Part shown: in pieces, positions 1 to 12,631 of the stretch
How positions within the stretch are numbered: the stretch's first letter is position 1
How the letters are laid out: each line of letters begins with the position of its first letter
Source of the DNA: Takakia lepidozioides
Lineage: Eukaryota > Plantae > Bryophyta
Assembly (NCBI GenBank): GCA_030704615.1
Contig: CM060732.1
Span: 75,578,001-75,642,000 of the forward strand
Direction: 5' to 3'
DNA: 64,000 nucleotides
Notes under the pieces: generated by a model
The model's input: the letters and a program-made list of their open reading frames with translations, nothing else
Database searches by the model: none
What the model was told of the DNA's origin: nothing
Made by a program: the position numbers and the translations under genes

Positions 1-191
1 ATCTACCAAAGGGAATTTCCACTAGGCCCAAATTGGTGGAGGGTCTGTTGGGGGAAGAAAGGGGACCGTTATGTCCCGGTGAGCAGCCGAAGCTCCGAGT
101 TGGCCCGGCGGCCAGGTTAGGAGTTAGGCGCGCGCATCAAAGCGAGTAACTATGACTTAAAGGGGAGCTTACCGAAGTGAGGTGCGCGACA
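1..191 (-). mobile_element. 5' part of an LTR, same family as the solo LTR at 39877-40602, running off the window edge
   Basis: Reverse complement of 1-191 begins TGTCGCGCACCTCACTTCGGTAAGC and aligns along its length with 39877-~40068. Confidence 0.85.
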
Positions 192-1358
192 CTTGGGTTA
201 AATAGACATTACTAGTGGAGAGAAAATTTCTGGAAGCTCTGTGTGAATGAGGAACGTCATGGCTACTAAAGTCTTTTTGAAATAGCTCATTACAGATAAG
301 GATATTTGATATCAAGTGCTGACTCAAAGTGGATACTAACTTACATATGTTAGAGTAGACAATTGATACAGCAAATGATGTTCCAGATATCTGAACCATT
401 GTCGACTGTAAAACCACAAAAGGTAGTTGTGGATGTCCTACAACAAGCAATTGAAAAGTTTGCACTGCTGTCAAAAATAAACAGTCGAAGATAAACAATA
501 CTGAGATTAACATACGAATATACCCACATTGTTGGGTCTAATATGTGAGCTTCTAGGAGTGGTAGGCTGCAGAGTCTTTTCATTTCCAAGCAATCTTTCA
601 ATGTTGATTTCTTCTTGTTCAAGTTTGCTTGGAGGATCTTGGGGATTATTAAGTTTCCTACTTTCTTGGAATGTGGTTTTGCACCTAGACTTGTCGACCT
701 AGCAATTTTGCTTAGAGTTGGGTCGAGAGAGATAAAAGAGAGGGATGCAAGGGAATATTGTCGGCCCAGTGTCGGCGCTGAGGCAGCTACGCCACCACCG
801 TAGAGAGTTGTAGGCCAGAAGGGAGGGAAGAGAAGAGAAACTGGGAAGGGAGCGAAGCTGGGAGGCGAAGGGAGGCTGTAGGCCGGTAGCCGACGCCGCG
901 TAGTGCAAGAGGAGCCGACCCGTCGCAGAGGCGTCGCAAGTCCGTCACCCATCCACCATCCATCCGACGCCTAGCCGTTGCTGCTGAGTCACTCTGTCGT
1001 CGCAAGGTATGATTATTACCCTGTTGCGATCCCCGGCGAAGCAGTTACACTGTCAGTGGGGCGTCACTACATCATTTTTTTTTTGTTAATGGTTTTTATG
1101 ATTTTCGGAGTTTTTAGGGCGACGTCGGTGATAAACCACCGACAATATCACTATATTTGTTTTAGGGTTTAGGCTTTTTGGGGTTTTTGGGATTTTTTGG
1201 GGGGAGGAAGGATATGGAAATTCTACTATTTTCCAATGCCCCATGACACCATTCATTTAGAAATGACATTGAGCAGGATACTTCAAGCATATAGTGATTA
1301 CAAAACACTTATAACATTCGCAATGTAAACAATGTTAGAATTGCGAGTGTAGCCTAGA

Positions 1359-2269
1359 CCCGGGAAGTCACTTCCATTTTTCCCCAAACGGCGTGCAAAA
1401 ATATATAGGGTAACATATATTCTTTGAAGATAAAATTTACAATATTTTTAGAAATAAAATTGGGTCTCCTTATTTATGGATACCATATTTAAATAAAATA
1501 GGGTTATGAATATATGCTCCAATTATATATATTTTAGAACTAATATAGGGGTGTCACAATGGCGATGGACATGTGTGGTTCATTCTATAGTATATTTGTA
1601 TTGAGACTCCATAGGGCCCACCCCTGGAAGGGAGTAGTAGCCGCAAGGCAAAGTGGCTCCTAGTTACGCCGCTTTGGCCGGAGTCCTCTCTCTCTCTCTC
1701 TCTCTCTCTCGACTTCATAAATGACTAGTTGGACCTGGATGACGGGACTTGGATTCAGCTTGGATGAGAGGACTTGCTTTAGGGAGGATACGTTTTAGTT
1801 TAGGGTTGCTTTATTTTCTTCTCACTTTGTTTTCTTCTCCGACGCAAAAGTTTTGCTATACTAGTTACTGACGTCATTGTGTTGCTGGAAGCTCCGGTTT
1901 ATTCACTTGTTGTAAGGTACATTACTCTCTCACCCGAGGAATATTTTTTCACTACACTCAAAATATATAACAAGTTTTCTCATTCGTTTGATAGATGCCT
2001 AATAGATGCATTAGAGCATTGAGCAATAAAATATTTTGCACTATAAGAAAAATTTGTTTTATCTTTATGTTACTATAGGGTGTCAAAAATTTATGATTAT
2101 AGTCAAATATAATAAAAAATAGCCTACCAGATAATTGTGCGTATTAAAAAATTAAATAATTATAGAGTGGATGAAAAAAGGGAAAAAAAAATAATACCCT
2201 TATAGAAAATACCTCTTTATCGCACGTGATTCCCTAAACTATATAGGCAGTGACTTCCCCGAGAGCCTG
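1359..2269. mobile_element. Non-autonomous TIR element (MITE-like)
   Basis: Inverted GGGAAGTCACT (1362-1372) / AGTGACTTCCC (2249-2259) around an AT-rich non-coding interior. The right end (reverse complement) matches a second copy starting at ~62836. No clean TSD seen. Confidence 0.5.
1686..1710. repeat. (CT)n microsatellite
   Basis: Direct read. Confidence 0.95.
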
Positions 2270-3322
2270 GAATTTGCATGAAGGACTATAGAAAGTCTTA
2301 GGTTCCCGCTCAAATTGGGTATTCAGAATATTCCCTTTTTCTTTTGCAATTGTAGTTTCTAAATAAATTGCTACTCATAAATCTGTAGGTCATGGTACGA
2401 CATCACCGACGCGTCATGCTTAAGGATTTGCAGCCAACACCCTTTGTACCAGCTATGCCACCACATGATGAGGAGGAGACAATACTACGTTTGTCTCCAA
2501 GAGTTAGGCGGCGTTGCAAATCCACCGTTTGCCCCCATGGCCACCGCCCCGAGGTCGCAGGCCAACGAATCCAGAGCCATGAGCCTCGGGGAGACCAAGA
2601 TGGACCGCCCCCCCAAGATTGAATGTTGGTGTAATCATTGTTAGGCACAGATACCACCTAGGAGCAGCAGACCGATCATGTGACCGATCATGTGACGACC
2701 GCATATTGTGCAAAGGCATTACCGCAAATACAAAATTGTTGATGCCGTGAGTGTGAGTCCTCCTCTTACCGCATGATATTGTACCAAGCACATATCATAT
2801 ATATAGAATAAGTACACCTCCTGATCTATTAAAATTATACCCAATGAAACCTTACATTTGTGAACTGAGTATTGATGCATTTCATATTATGCATCTTGCC
2901 CCCATCTTGCAGTATATATACATCTATTGATCTGTATTTGGGTGCACTTTTTCATGCGTACTTGCTATTTTGGTGATCAATGCTCTATGTGGTTACTATG
3001 AATTCTATAGTACATATTTGCGGTGAAGCAATGTATGTATTCCCCTTAAATGTGTGAAATGTGTAATTTGGGTTTTATCATGTATAATACTGAACAGTAT
3101 GATGCAAACCTAGTATAACATATATTGTCAATGAGGGGTTCCAACCAAAACGTATATGGGAGATAATCCTCCACTATATTTTGGAATAAGGGTTCAAAAT
3201 TGGCATATTATAAGGATACAATGTATAAAAACCACTAATGATATGGTTGTTTTGTATTATTAGGATTCCCACATCCGCGTGAATGAAGAAACTCATGATC
3301 TTGTCAGCCGGGAAAGAGGGGG

Positions 3323-4270
3323 ATGGGTATCTGCAAAGGGACCCGACCCCCCTCTGGCGTTCAGGCCTCCGATGATGACGACGATAATGATAATGGAATT
3401 ATGCATGAGGATGTGGCAATGATGGAGGTCCTCTTTATGCATCAGATGGTAGATGAGGAGACGGGCTCCTTGAATGACATGGAGAAAGAGGCCAAAACTC
3501 CCTTATACGAAGGGGCCAAAGTGAGTAGACTTTTGACCATCTTGCTATTTCTGAATTTGCAAATCCCGTTTGGCATAAGCAATGTGGGTATGTCTGCAAT
3601 AATGCGGACTATTTCGGGCTACATCCTTGCCCCACATTTGCAGCCGAGAATGCCACAATCAATAAAAGAGGCAAGCGAAGCCTTGGATGTTGTGGGGATG
3701 GGCTACAAAATCATTCATGCATGCCCATGTGATCACACCTTATACTATAGAGAGCATGAGCATGCCACCAAGTGTTCAGCATGCAACAAAGACCGATATG
3801 GATAATGTTCAAGGGAAGAAAGCCCCGCCAAGGTAAACCCACGCCACAATATACTTGTACATTGCATTCTACCTTTTTTTTTATCGTACAATATGTAGGG
3901 TTTTATTTTGAGATATGAATGACACTTATGATATGGGGCCCACATGGGGTTGGTGCCAGAAAATGCACTACTTTCCAATCATTCCGCGACTGAAGGCACA
4001 CTACCAAAGCCCCTCAATGGCAAAACTAAGGAGATGGCATGCCTCGCATCGGAGCCCCCTGGGAAAGGTGTGTTAGCCACAAGATTCACAAGCTTGGAAG
4101 CATACAGAAGAGAGATGGCCTTTTCTGAAGGATGACCCACGACATGTCCGCCTCGGCTTGTCCATGGATGATGTCAACCCATTCTCTGTCCAGTCATGTA
4201 GTCATTCCACTTGGCCGGTGATCATGATGAATTACAACATCCATCCATATCTTTCAATTAAAAATTGTCA
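3323..4270 (+). mobile_element. CACTA (En/Spm) Tnp2 transposase remnant, truncated
   Basis: EAKTPLYEG...YKIIHACPCDHTLY...C..C...RY, then across a frameshift or intron HYFPIIPRLK...WH...DSQAWKH...DDPRHVRLGLSMDDVNPF...STWPV...NYN. These are Transposase_21 motifs. Confidence 0.9.
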
Positions 4271-4297
4271 TATAGGGCTGGGCATTAGGAAAATTGG

Positions 4298-5731
4298 GTG
4301 TGGTTTGGAAAAAATTTGGCATCACGAGTAAGAGAAATGGAGTGGGTGTTGTCTCAACTACAAGAGATTGCAGGTATGTCAGGCGGCCTTTATCGGGACA
4401 ACATTACCGCTAACTTGGAGAGGTATAACAATTATATTCGCAATAAGGAGAACTTGCAGTACACTGGGTTCACCCTCTGGGCTGATATAGAAGAAATGTT
4501 TAACCGTTGTTCGCACATAATTTCTAATACCAACATGAGCATTAACTGGGAACTAGAGATTGAGGAAGAGTGGGATACAAGGCCACGAAAATCAGCCCAT
4601 GTGAAACTCAATGATTGTACAGATATACCACAAAACCCTGTGCCTTCAATCATCACAGATGTATCAGTATGCATGATTTGTGAAAACCCCTTTGGACCAG
4701 AGGGAGCACACATGCTTGGGTCTTGTGGGCATTTCTTCCACAACACATGTCTTGTAATAGCTGCCCTTACTCGGAGTGCATGCCCACAGTGCCATATGCC
4801 AATCCATCGTCGATACTATGAATTGTATGGCTTGGAGGAGATCACGCCAATAGGGTACGAATACAACAGACACAACTTGCCAATGGACCAAGAGCCTTTC
4901 TCGTTTCTCAATTTGCGGCATTGGGGTAAAGTCATGTTGTGGAATCCATATACAAGGATGCATGACCTACTTGCGGAGGATACAAGGAGAGAGTTCAACA
5001 TGGATACATTCTGGGTCACATCAAACTGGGAAATCATGAAACGTGCACGATGCAAACCCAATGCTAAAGAAAGAGAACAGTTTTGTCGGCATTTTGGAGG
5101 ACATTGGAGTGAAAGAAAAGGTAGGTTCTTCCGAATGACAGAGTCTCCTGTGACAGGGGTGAATATGGAGAAATACGACAAACAACCACTTGGGAGGATT
5201 TCATTTCAACTCACAATGGAAAGAGCATCCACAGAATATATACACCTCATTGACGCATACAATGTCGATAGTACAGATGAAGAGGAGGAGGATGCAAAAG
5301 CGAGAGAGATGATGGATGAATATAAATCAACAATCAATTCAATGTTGAAGAACTGGAACATATTAGTGGATGCCTAGTTGCGTGGTCTTCCTTATTGGCA
5401 TTTGGTGGATGGCCCGACAATAATTGCAGAATTGAATGCAGCGTTTGGTTTCAACAACAATGTTGCTTGCAACTTACCTTCACCAGCACGGCGCCAAAAT
5501 CAACGTGCTGAAGAAATTATAGAAGCACATTCATCTGTGACACAGCGACTAATGGGAAGGGTGGAATATGCTGAACATTTGCTAAGACTGGCATCCCCCC
5601 ACCCCCATACTCGATCAATGGCAAGACTTATAGGCCACACCATGAACCTCAGTATTAACATGCCATCTACACCAGTAATTGGTGTACATCCATCAAAAGA
5701 TGGCTGGAGTGGAACCCGTATGCAGATATAG
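4298..5731 (+). pseudogene. Intronless RING-H2 zinc-finger protein with one in-frame TAG at 5375-5377
   Basis: CMIC-x14-CGHFFHNTC-x10-CPQC. ORF 5378-5731 continues in the same frame after the stop. Confidence 0.7.
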
Positions 5732-6060
5732 GATGAGTAGCTGGCAAGTTAAACTTCCATGAATTTCTTTGATCTTCATGAAGTGCAACCGCCACTTTTG
5801 AAACAATTGTGTATATGAAATTTGGGAATTTTGTCACTTGTCAATTGTCAAATTTCAATGGAATCATGAATGCAATGAAAAAACATATGTTTCACATCAT
5901 ATATGAATCATTTCATGGCCACAAGAAACTTGAAAATCATCTCAATGCGCAATTTCAAAATGTCATAGTGCTTTTATAACCACGCGAGAAAATTGGGTAC
6001 AATCTAAAATTGTAACTCCATGAACCATCATGCTATACCATATGGCGCTTGTAAAATTGC

Positions 6061-7672
6061 CTACAACATGTCCTTCCTATAGCAATCGTGAGGCTCCATC
6101 CAATTGAATGGTGGCGACATGAAACGTCGCGTTATGGCGCTCAACGTCAGTCGAGTCTCCTGAACAACATCACATAGCTACTCTAGAGCAAGAGCAAAAC
6201 ACTTTGCCATGAATTTATCCTCAAACGCACTCCCATCGTAATGACTGCCACCATTGATTTTGTGTGCTATCTTACCAACAGCAAATGTTTCGGAAGCCAT
6301 GCTCTGGGTGGCCTTCGCGGTGTGCCATCCACCAAATTGTTTGTTGCCGCATGGACCATAGCAATCTTTGGCGCCACCCACCAACGCCGATGCAATTCCT
6401 CCTTCATTTTATTGGTAGTTTCAAAAAGATATGGAGATATCTTCGCTGCCTCCGTGGAAGTTGTCATTCCCCAATCACACACCCCGATGTACACCTGGTC
6501 GGTACTATCCGGGAAATGCAACAAAATATTACTCGGTGAAAGGTCATTGTGCATGATGTGGTTCTTATGAACACTATCCATAATGCTCAATAGTGCCCAA
6601 GCCAATTTACTCTGGTGGCGGCGGTAACGAACCAAACGGTTCACCTGCTCCTGTTCTTGCTCGGTCCAATGCTTTGCCAACACCTCCCTGTTATCCACCC
6701 GGCTCCCAAATCGTTCGTCACTCTTCCAAACATCACGTAGGGAACCCCCATTCCACCACAATGTGTAACCCTCCAAGTTCCGTGGATGAACACATATATA
6801 TCTTATAATCCCATGATGTGCGAATCGCACAGCCATGGCCTCTTCAAAATGTTGCCTCCTAGCAAGATGAGGATCTTTCTCCTTAGGTGTTTTCCCCGCC
6901 AATTTGCCAATTAACATTAATTTGGATATCACCCGCAATTCGTACCTTACGAACTCGTCCGAACCCCCCCCTCCCGTGGTGCATCCAACTGCTCCACCAT
7001 TGCATTTGAACTGAGGTACAACAATGCCACTCCCTCTCCAGGAATGCTGTCGGGCTGCCTTCGTGTCAGTGACTTGGTGCAGCGTTTTCCGTGGGCCTTC
7101 GCTGAATCCGCCCACCAGCCTCGCACAAACAAGTCCTTCTCCCAAGCCGGCATCGGACCGCTTGTCGTTTGTTTCACCATCGAACCAATAAACTGCTTGA
7201 GATTCCATGTGATGTCGCCCGCTCGATGTTCCACCCATTGGTCGAACTTGCGCTTCTCCCTCTCCTCTGTCCACTTCTCCCCGGCCAAAGCTTCCCGGAT
7301 TTTTTGCTCCATCCGCAGTTCAAACTTGCAGAATCCATCGTGTCCATGCCGGACATACGCACTATGCAAGTACATCATGCTCTTCTCCGGGTCTGCAAAA
7401 ATAAACATGAGCAGAGCATATTTGGGGAATATTCCCTCGTTTCAGACCCTGTGGAGCTGCATTTCGGCATTTTTTGCAGTTAAAATATCCAAGATGTCCC
7501 CGGATAATAGGATATTGGAGGCAGGTTCGGATGCGTACGTAGGTTCGGGGGTTCTCCTAAATCTGGAAGTCGGTGTCGACTTCCACAATACTCTGGCCTT
7601 CCAAACAAGTCATGGGGCTACCACAGGAATAGGCCTTCCTTGTATAACCGTGGACAAATTTGACCATTTCAT
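6061..7672 (-). pseudogene. Intronless atypical protein kinase, disrupted by stops and frameshifts
   Basis: Reconstructed EGGFGRV Gly loop (one extra G in the 6964-6971 run), LAGK lysine, HNDLSPSNILL catalytic loop, DWG in place of DFG, WWVAP. Putative ATG at 7672 is in frame with ORF 6947-7408. Confidence 0.8.
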
Positions 7673-8199
7673 GATGACGGACAGTCCATTTCCGAGAAGT
7701 CAGCACAGACTTTAGCTGCCTATTTTATACCTGCTATCTATTATATAAGTTTAATATGTATGTACTTAATGTTATGAGCTTTTTAATTTTCCAGAAGTTG
7801 CAGTTGAGAAGTCTGCACAGACTTGTCGGATGCCATACTGTTATATACTATAAGTCTGCACAGACTTACCAATTCCCATCCCACCATGAAATGCATTCGG
7901 CATGACTTTCCAGCTTCAAGCACACTACCTCGGTGAACGTCATAAAATAGAAAAATACCAAAAAAAAAATTGATCTTGCAATTTCTGAACAAGGAGCAAA
8001 AACAAACTAGAAGAACATTCGGAAAGTCAGAGACTGCTCATCGGTAAGTCGGCACAAACTTGCAAAATAGTACAAGATCCTTTCTGACAAGTGGCAATAG
8101 ACGTATGGAATGAATTTTACTGTTTTTTAAAGAATGATCAGTGGAACGAAAAGCGGTGCATCCACAACATAAGGTGATATCGCAGGCAAATGCTCCTCA

Positions 8200-9163
8200 T
8201 CTTCCCTCGCAGAAGGACGCCTCTGATCATGTTATTTCAACCATACGCAGGGATCATTACAAAGGATTGCACTGACCTCGTTCATACTCAAAGTAGGATA
8301 ATTAATTGTGGGGCTGTCAGCACTACAGCGGAGATGCCGAAGAAAAATTCAGTATATGTGATTGTAGTGGGTGTACCCTTCTTTGCAGATTACGCATCTT
8401 CACAAAGTCGGGACATGTGCACTCCGGGTAAATGCCAATTGAGACGTAATAAACCATCCCATTGGTTGTTGAGCCTGAAGTACTGCTGGTGTACACTCTT
8501 CCCATCCCCGGTCGAGGAACATCACGGAAGTTCTGAACGATACCTCGCAGTGACATCGCCAATCCCACCTTCGTCGAAGGTGCTTTTTTCGGTTATATTG
8601 CTTGCCCCATCTGCTCTTGGGGTAATAGTCCTGATTATGATGAGCTCCGGGTTGTTGGGCACCAACGTCCTCCTCCATGTGAAAACATGGGATATCATCC
8701 CTCGGGACCAGGCAAAACCCGGCTGCATCCAATGAGTTAACTTCCCTTAGTCAAATAAGTTCCTGGCTGCATCAGAGGCCATACCTGTGGTGGCTCTGGT
8801 TTGTCCTTCGCATCTCGGTGGACTCCCCCATGAACACACTGTTGAATGTCATGAGGACAAACTAGTACTCATGCAATTTCTTATGTGCAAAAACTGGGTT
8901 GTGGCACATTCCGATGTACTTCAGAGCTGGAATGCCAGATGATTTTGAAGGACAAATCTGATGCTTATAGGGCTGCCCACTGTCAACACGAATACCCCAA
9001 CATTGGGCACATGACAAGTCCGTTGTTCTTGCAATATGCCAATTTGCAGTGGACACTGAGGTCTCCAACACTGGTTTTTTGTACTGCTTTGGAATACTGT
9101 TGTAGTTGGTCCGTGCCATGTCGTCATCCTCATCCAGGTGCTCCACATGCACTCGGGAGCCAC
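8200..9163 (-). pseudogene. SWIM zinc-finger protein, degraded 3' exon
   Basis: YYVSIGIYPECTCPDF (SWIM CxC core) in ORF 8323-8568, with an upstream Cys/Trp-rich region (WHIAR...C..C). Candidate splice acceptor TGTGCAG at 9170-9164. Confidence 0.65.
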
Positions 9164-9170
9164 CTGCACA

Positions 9171-10264
9171 GGAATTATCCGTTTTCACACAGGCATTGTG
9201 CCTTTCTCACGCGATGCACGTGTCGCGTAGGCACCCATTAGGGGTAGATCAGCCGGAAAGTCTGCACAGACTTCCGAAATTATCCATTTTCAGGCACTGC
9301 GTGTGTCATTTTCAGGCAATGCACGTGTCACATAGGCACCCGTTGGGGTAGATCAGTCAGGAAGTCTGGATAGACTTCCCGGAATTATCATTTTTAGGCA
9401 TTGCGTGTGCCATTTTCAGGCGATGCTACACCCGTTGGGGGTAGATCAGCCGAGAAGTCTGCACAGACTTCCCCGGAATTATCCATTTCCAGGCATTGCG
9501 TGTGCCATTTTCAAGCGATGCACGTGTCGCGTAGGCACGCGTTGGGGGAGATCAGCCGGGAAGTCTACACATACTTCCGGAATTATCCGTTTCCAGGCAC
9601 TGTGTGTGTCATTGTCAGGCGAAGCACATGTCGCGTAGGCACCTGTTGGGGGTAGATCAGCCGGGGAGTCTCCACAGACGTTCCGGAATTCTCCGTTTCC
9701 AGGTACTGCGCGTGCCATTTTCAGGCGATGCACGTGTCGCGTAGGCACCCGTTGGGGGTAGATTAGCCGGGAAGTCTGCACAGACTTCTCGGAATTATCC
9801 GTTTTCAGGCACTGCGCGTGCCATTTTCAGGCGATGCACGTGTCGCGTAGGCACCCGTTGGGGGTAGATCAGCCGGGAAGTCTGCACAGACTTCCCGGAA
9901 TTATCCATTTTCACGCACTGCGTGTGCCATTTTCAGGCGATGCACGTGTCGCATAGGCACCCGTTGGGGGTAGATTAGCCGGGAAGTCTGCACAGACTTC
10001 CCGGAATTATCCGTTTTCAGGCACTGCATGTGTCATTTTCAGACGATGTTGCAGCCGTTGGGAATAGATCAGCCAAAAAGTCTGCACAGACTTCCTGGAA
10101 TTATCCGTTTGCAGGCATTGCATGTGCCATTTTTAGGCGATGCTGCACCCGTTGGGGGTAGATCAGCCGGGAAGTCTACACAGACTTCCCGGAATTTTCC
10201 ATTTTCAGGCACTGCGTGTGCCATTTTCAGGCGATGCACGTGTTGCGTAGGCACATGTTGGGGG
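9171..10264. repeat. Tandem array of ~11 units (106 bp, with ~94-bp variants), each complete unit carrying a palindrome of up to 26 bp
   Basis: Unit starts at 9171, 9276, 9381, 9475, 9579, 9685, 9791, 9897, 10003, 10097, 10191. CCGGGAAGTCTG-CA-CAGACTTCCCGG is at 9873-9898. Confidence 0.95.
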
Positions 10265-10813
10265 CACTACTAGATAAACCGGTTTTTTTAACGGCTCTTC
10301 TCACACATTTTGGTGTGAAAAGAGCTCGAGTTTACACACCCCCCCTGGTGTTAGGTTAACCCAGTCCTTTGCACCACATGTGAACTTTCTTGGTCCTATG
10401 AAAAGAACCATCTCACCCTGAACTCGCACCTGATGTGGCTATAGGTTTAGGTGGCTCTTTTGACGGATATTTTGACGGCCGTTTTGACTGGTCAATTCAA
10501 CTACTATTTTGACTAAGTAATCTTAATGGTCTTTCTACGGTACTTATTACACCTCGTTGCCACCATGTCTGCCACATGTATGTCAAAGGGAATGCCACGT
10601 AATAGAGTCCATCAGAATTATTAAATAAATAATAGATATTAAGGGCTCTTCTTACGGCTTCTCTCACACAGATTTAACACCAGGTTCAAATCGTGGTGTG
10701 AACGCAATGACACTAGTGTGAACACTGTCACATCCACTGTTCTGTTCCTATTGGACGAAAAGTAAATAATTATTATTTATTGACAAATACTAAAATGAAT
10801 AGTCATATTATTA

Positions 10814-10838
10814 TTGTTGTTGTTGTTGTTGTTGTTGT
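10814..10838. repeat. (GTT)n microsatellite
   Basis: Direct read. Confidence 0.9.
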
Positions 10839-12109
10839 ATAGATATTCTTATAATAAATGGGATAGCACCCCCAAAGCCATTGGCTGCTTGATTTAATAT
10901 TTAATATATTATTATTTTAGAATTATTATTTGTTTTGTTTTATTTAAATAAAAACTTACTTAAAATAGGGGATAATATTTGTATTATTAACCACATTGAC
11001 CAGTAGTAATGTTATTAATATTAAACATAGCAAGCAACCAGCAAAATACCACATTTATGTCTACACAAGGAAAATTTGGCTTGATGTGGGAAAATGAAGT
11101 TGCCTTTGAACAAGGGGATCTTGTGATCATACATGAGAATAGCAAGACCATCAATTCAAAAAATACGGTTCACATGAGAAGAGCTGTTTTGTTCACCTGG
11201 CTCAGCAACCCTCAATCCATAAAAAAAACTAAACTAAACTAAACTTGTAGCACCTTCAATATCACGCGTGTTTAAGAAACTTTTCAGACCATAAGGTGGA
11301 ACTTCCCTGCGTGTCACCCAATGTGGTATGATTAGGGGTAACAGAGTAGTCCGGGTACGGCAACACAACCTCTGAAATCATGACCAATTTCACATGGATA
11401 CGGTAATAGTTGCTTTCGGAAAGCCAGCAATATATCCCACACCTGCCCTTCTTTTTGGTGCACAAGGATCAAACAATAACACCTTGTCGCCGATCTGAAA
11501 CTGCAACAAAAACCTGATTCCCGTATCAATCGAACCCTGGAGAACAGAGACTGACAGCTTGGCACTCCTGCAAAATGGCATTGAAGTTCTTCCAGCAAAC
11601 ACCCCAACCCTACCTATTGCAGTACTTCCAATTCTGAATTGCATTTGCTTGTCTCTATACTCCATGCTGACATGATCAAAGGTGGAACGGTGCCATACCT
11701 AGTTGATAGCAGGTTATGCATGGTCAGCATGGTTGTGGTAGGACGATGTCACAAAACTACCTTTGTAGGTTGCTGGGCCTGCAACTATGTGGCGATACAT
11801 AGGGGGTGTATTGATCCAGCATCAGACAAGGAAAACAAATTGCACAAGGGAACTACTTACACTGTGCAGATTTTGTTGGTCACCCTATGGGTCAGTCAGA
11901 TCCACTGTGGTTGTAGTCTGATTGATAGCACATATTGTACTCTCCCTGCCCATTGAACGCTTCACTAGTTTCACCATCTGCATATTGAATGACACAATGA
12001 TAAAAAAAAATTAGAATAGCACGAATGACACACAATGTGAAATAGCATTAACAATAAAAATCCACCCACGCGCCCAAGCATTGAAACTTTTGCTCTCACC
12101 TTTCGTTGA

Positions 12110-12631
12110 TTATGCTTTGTTGTTGCATTGGGAGGCAAAAGTCGTTGGAACTCTGGCAACAGGAAGCCCTGGTTCGGATGCCTTTGCAGATTGTTGTGAT
12201 CCACTACCCATGGCTACGCTCTTGAACAAGTAGTTGGGCTGCCCATATCTGTATGGGTGCCCTGACACATACTCAGGGATGTGTGCAGCCTTGGATACAC
12301 CCTCTAACCAAGGCATTAATTCTTTCATAAGCCTCTTGCAGTTTGGCTGATCCCTCAACTTCCATGGATATGGGAAGATGCAATTATTTGCAAGGTTGGG
12401 TAAGCAAGTGAGTGGGGAATCGTCCACCAACAAAGTATTGGTTGGATTGTAATGGCTGTAGTCCTTCCAGAACTTACATAAGTTCTTGTACATGATAGTT
12501 TTAGAAGGATTGACAAGGTCCACCATTCCCACAGGCTGGTCACAATAGTCTTGGTGAAGCACCACCTTTGGCTGTTTCCCACGAAACAAACTTGGTGTAC
12601 GTCCAGTCTCCTTCTCCTGTGATTGCAACAA
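12110..12631 (-). pseudogene. FCP1/NIF-family (HAD) phosphatase-like domain, C-terminal half, inside the CACTA element
   Basis: KTIMYKNLCKFWKDYSHYNPTNTLLVDDSPLTCLPNLANNCIFP matches the plant NIF pattern KxLxKxW...NTLLxDDSPxK...NxIFP. No DxDxT motif is visible upstream. Confidence 0.75.

Noticed and set aside
1362-1372. Link between the GGGAAGTCACT TIR and the GGGAAGTCTG palindrome arm
   Set aside because: Only 8 bp shared with no other similarity; compatible with chance.
4273-4286. TAGGGCTGGGCATT hAT-like TIR at the Tnp2/RING junction
   Set aside because: No matching opposite end or TSD found, and it lies in coding-like sequence.
7044-7715. 223-aa plus-strand ORF
   Set aside because: Antisense shadow of the kinase gene with no recognisable motifs.
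9171-10264. CRISPR-like array (palindromic repeats at regular spacing)
   Set aside because: The sequence between palindromes is itself repeated, so there are no unique spacers. No cas genes; eukaryotic context.
9106-10273. ORFs within the tandem array
   Set aside because: The 106-bp unit is not a multiple of 3; the ORFs are by-products of the repeat.
11390-11665. SET-domain start (IGRVGVFAG)
   Set aside because: No NHS/ELxxDY motifs; the downstream sequence fits the CACTA TnpA C-terminal domain.
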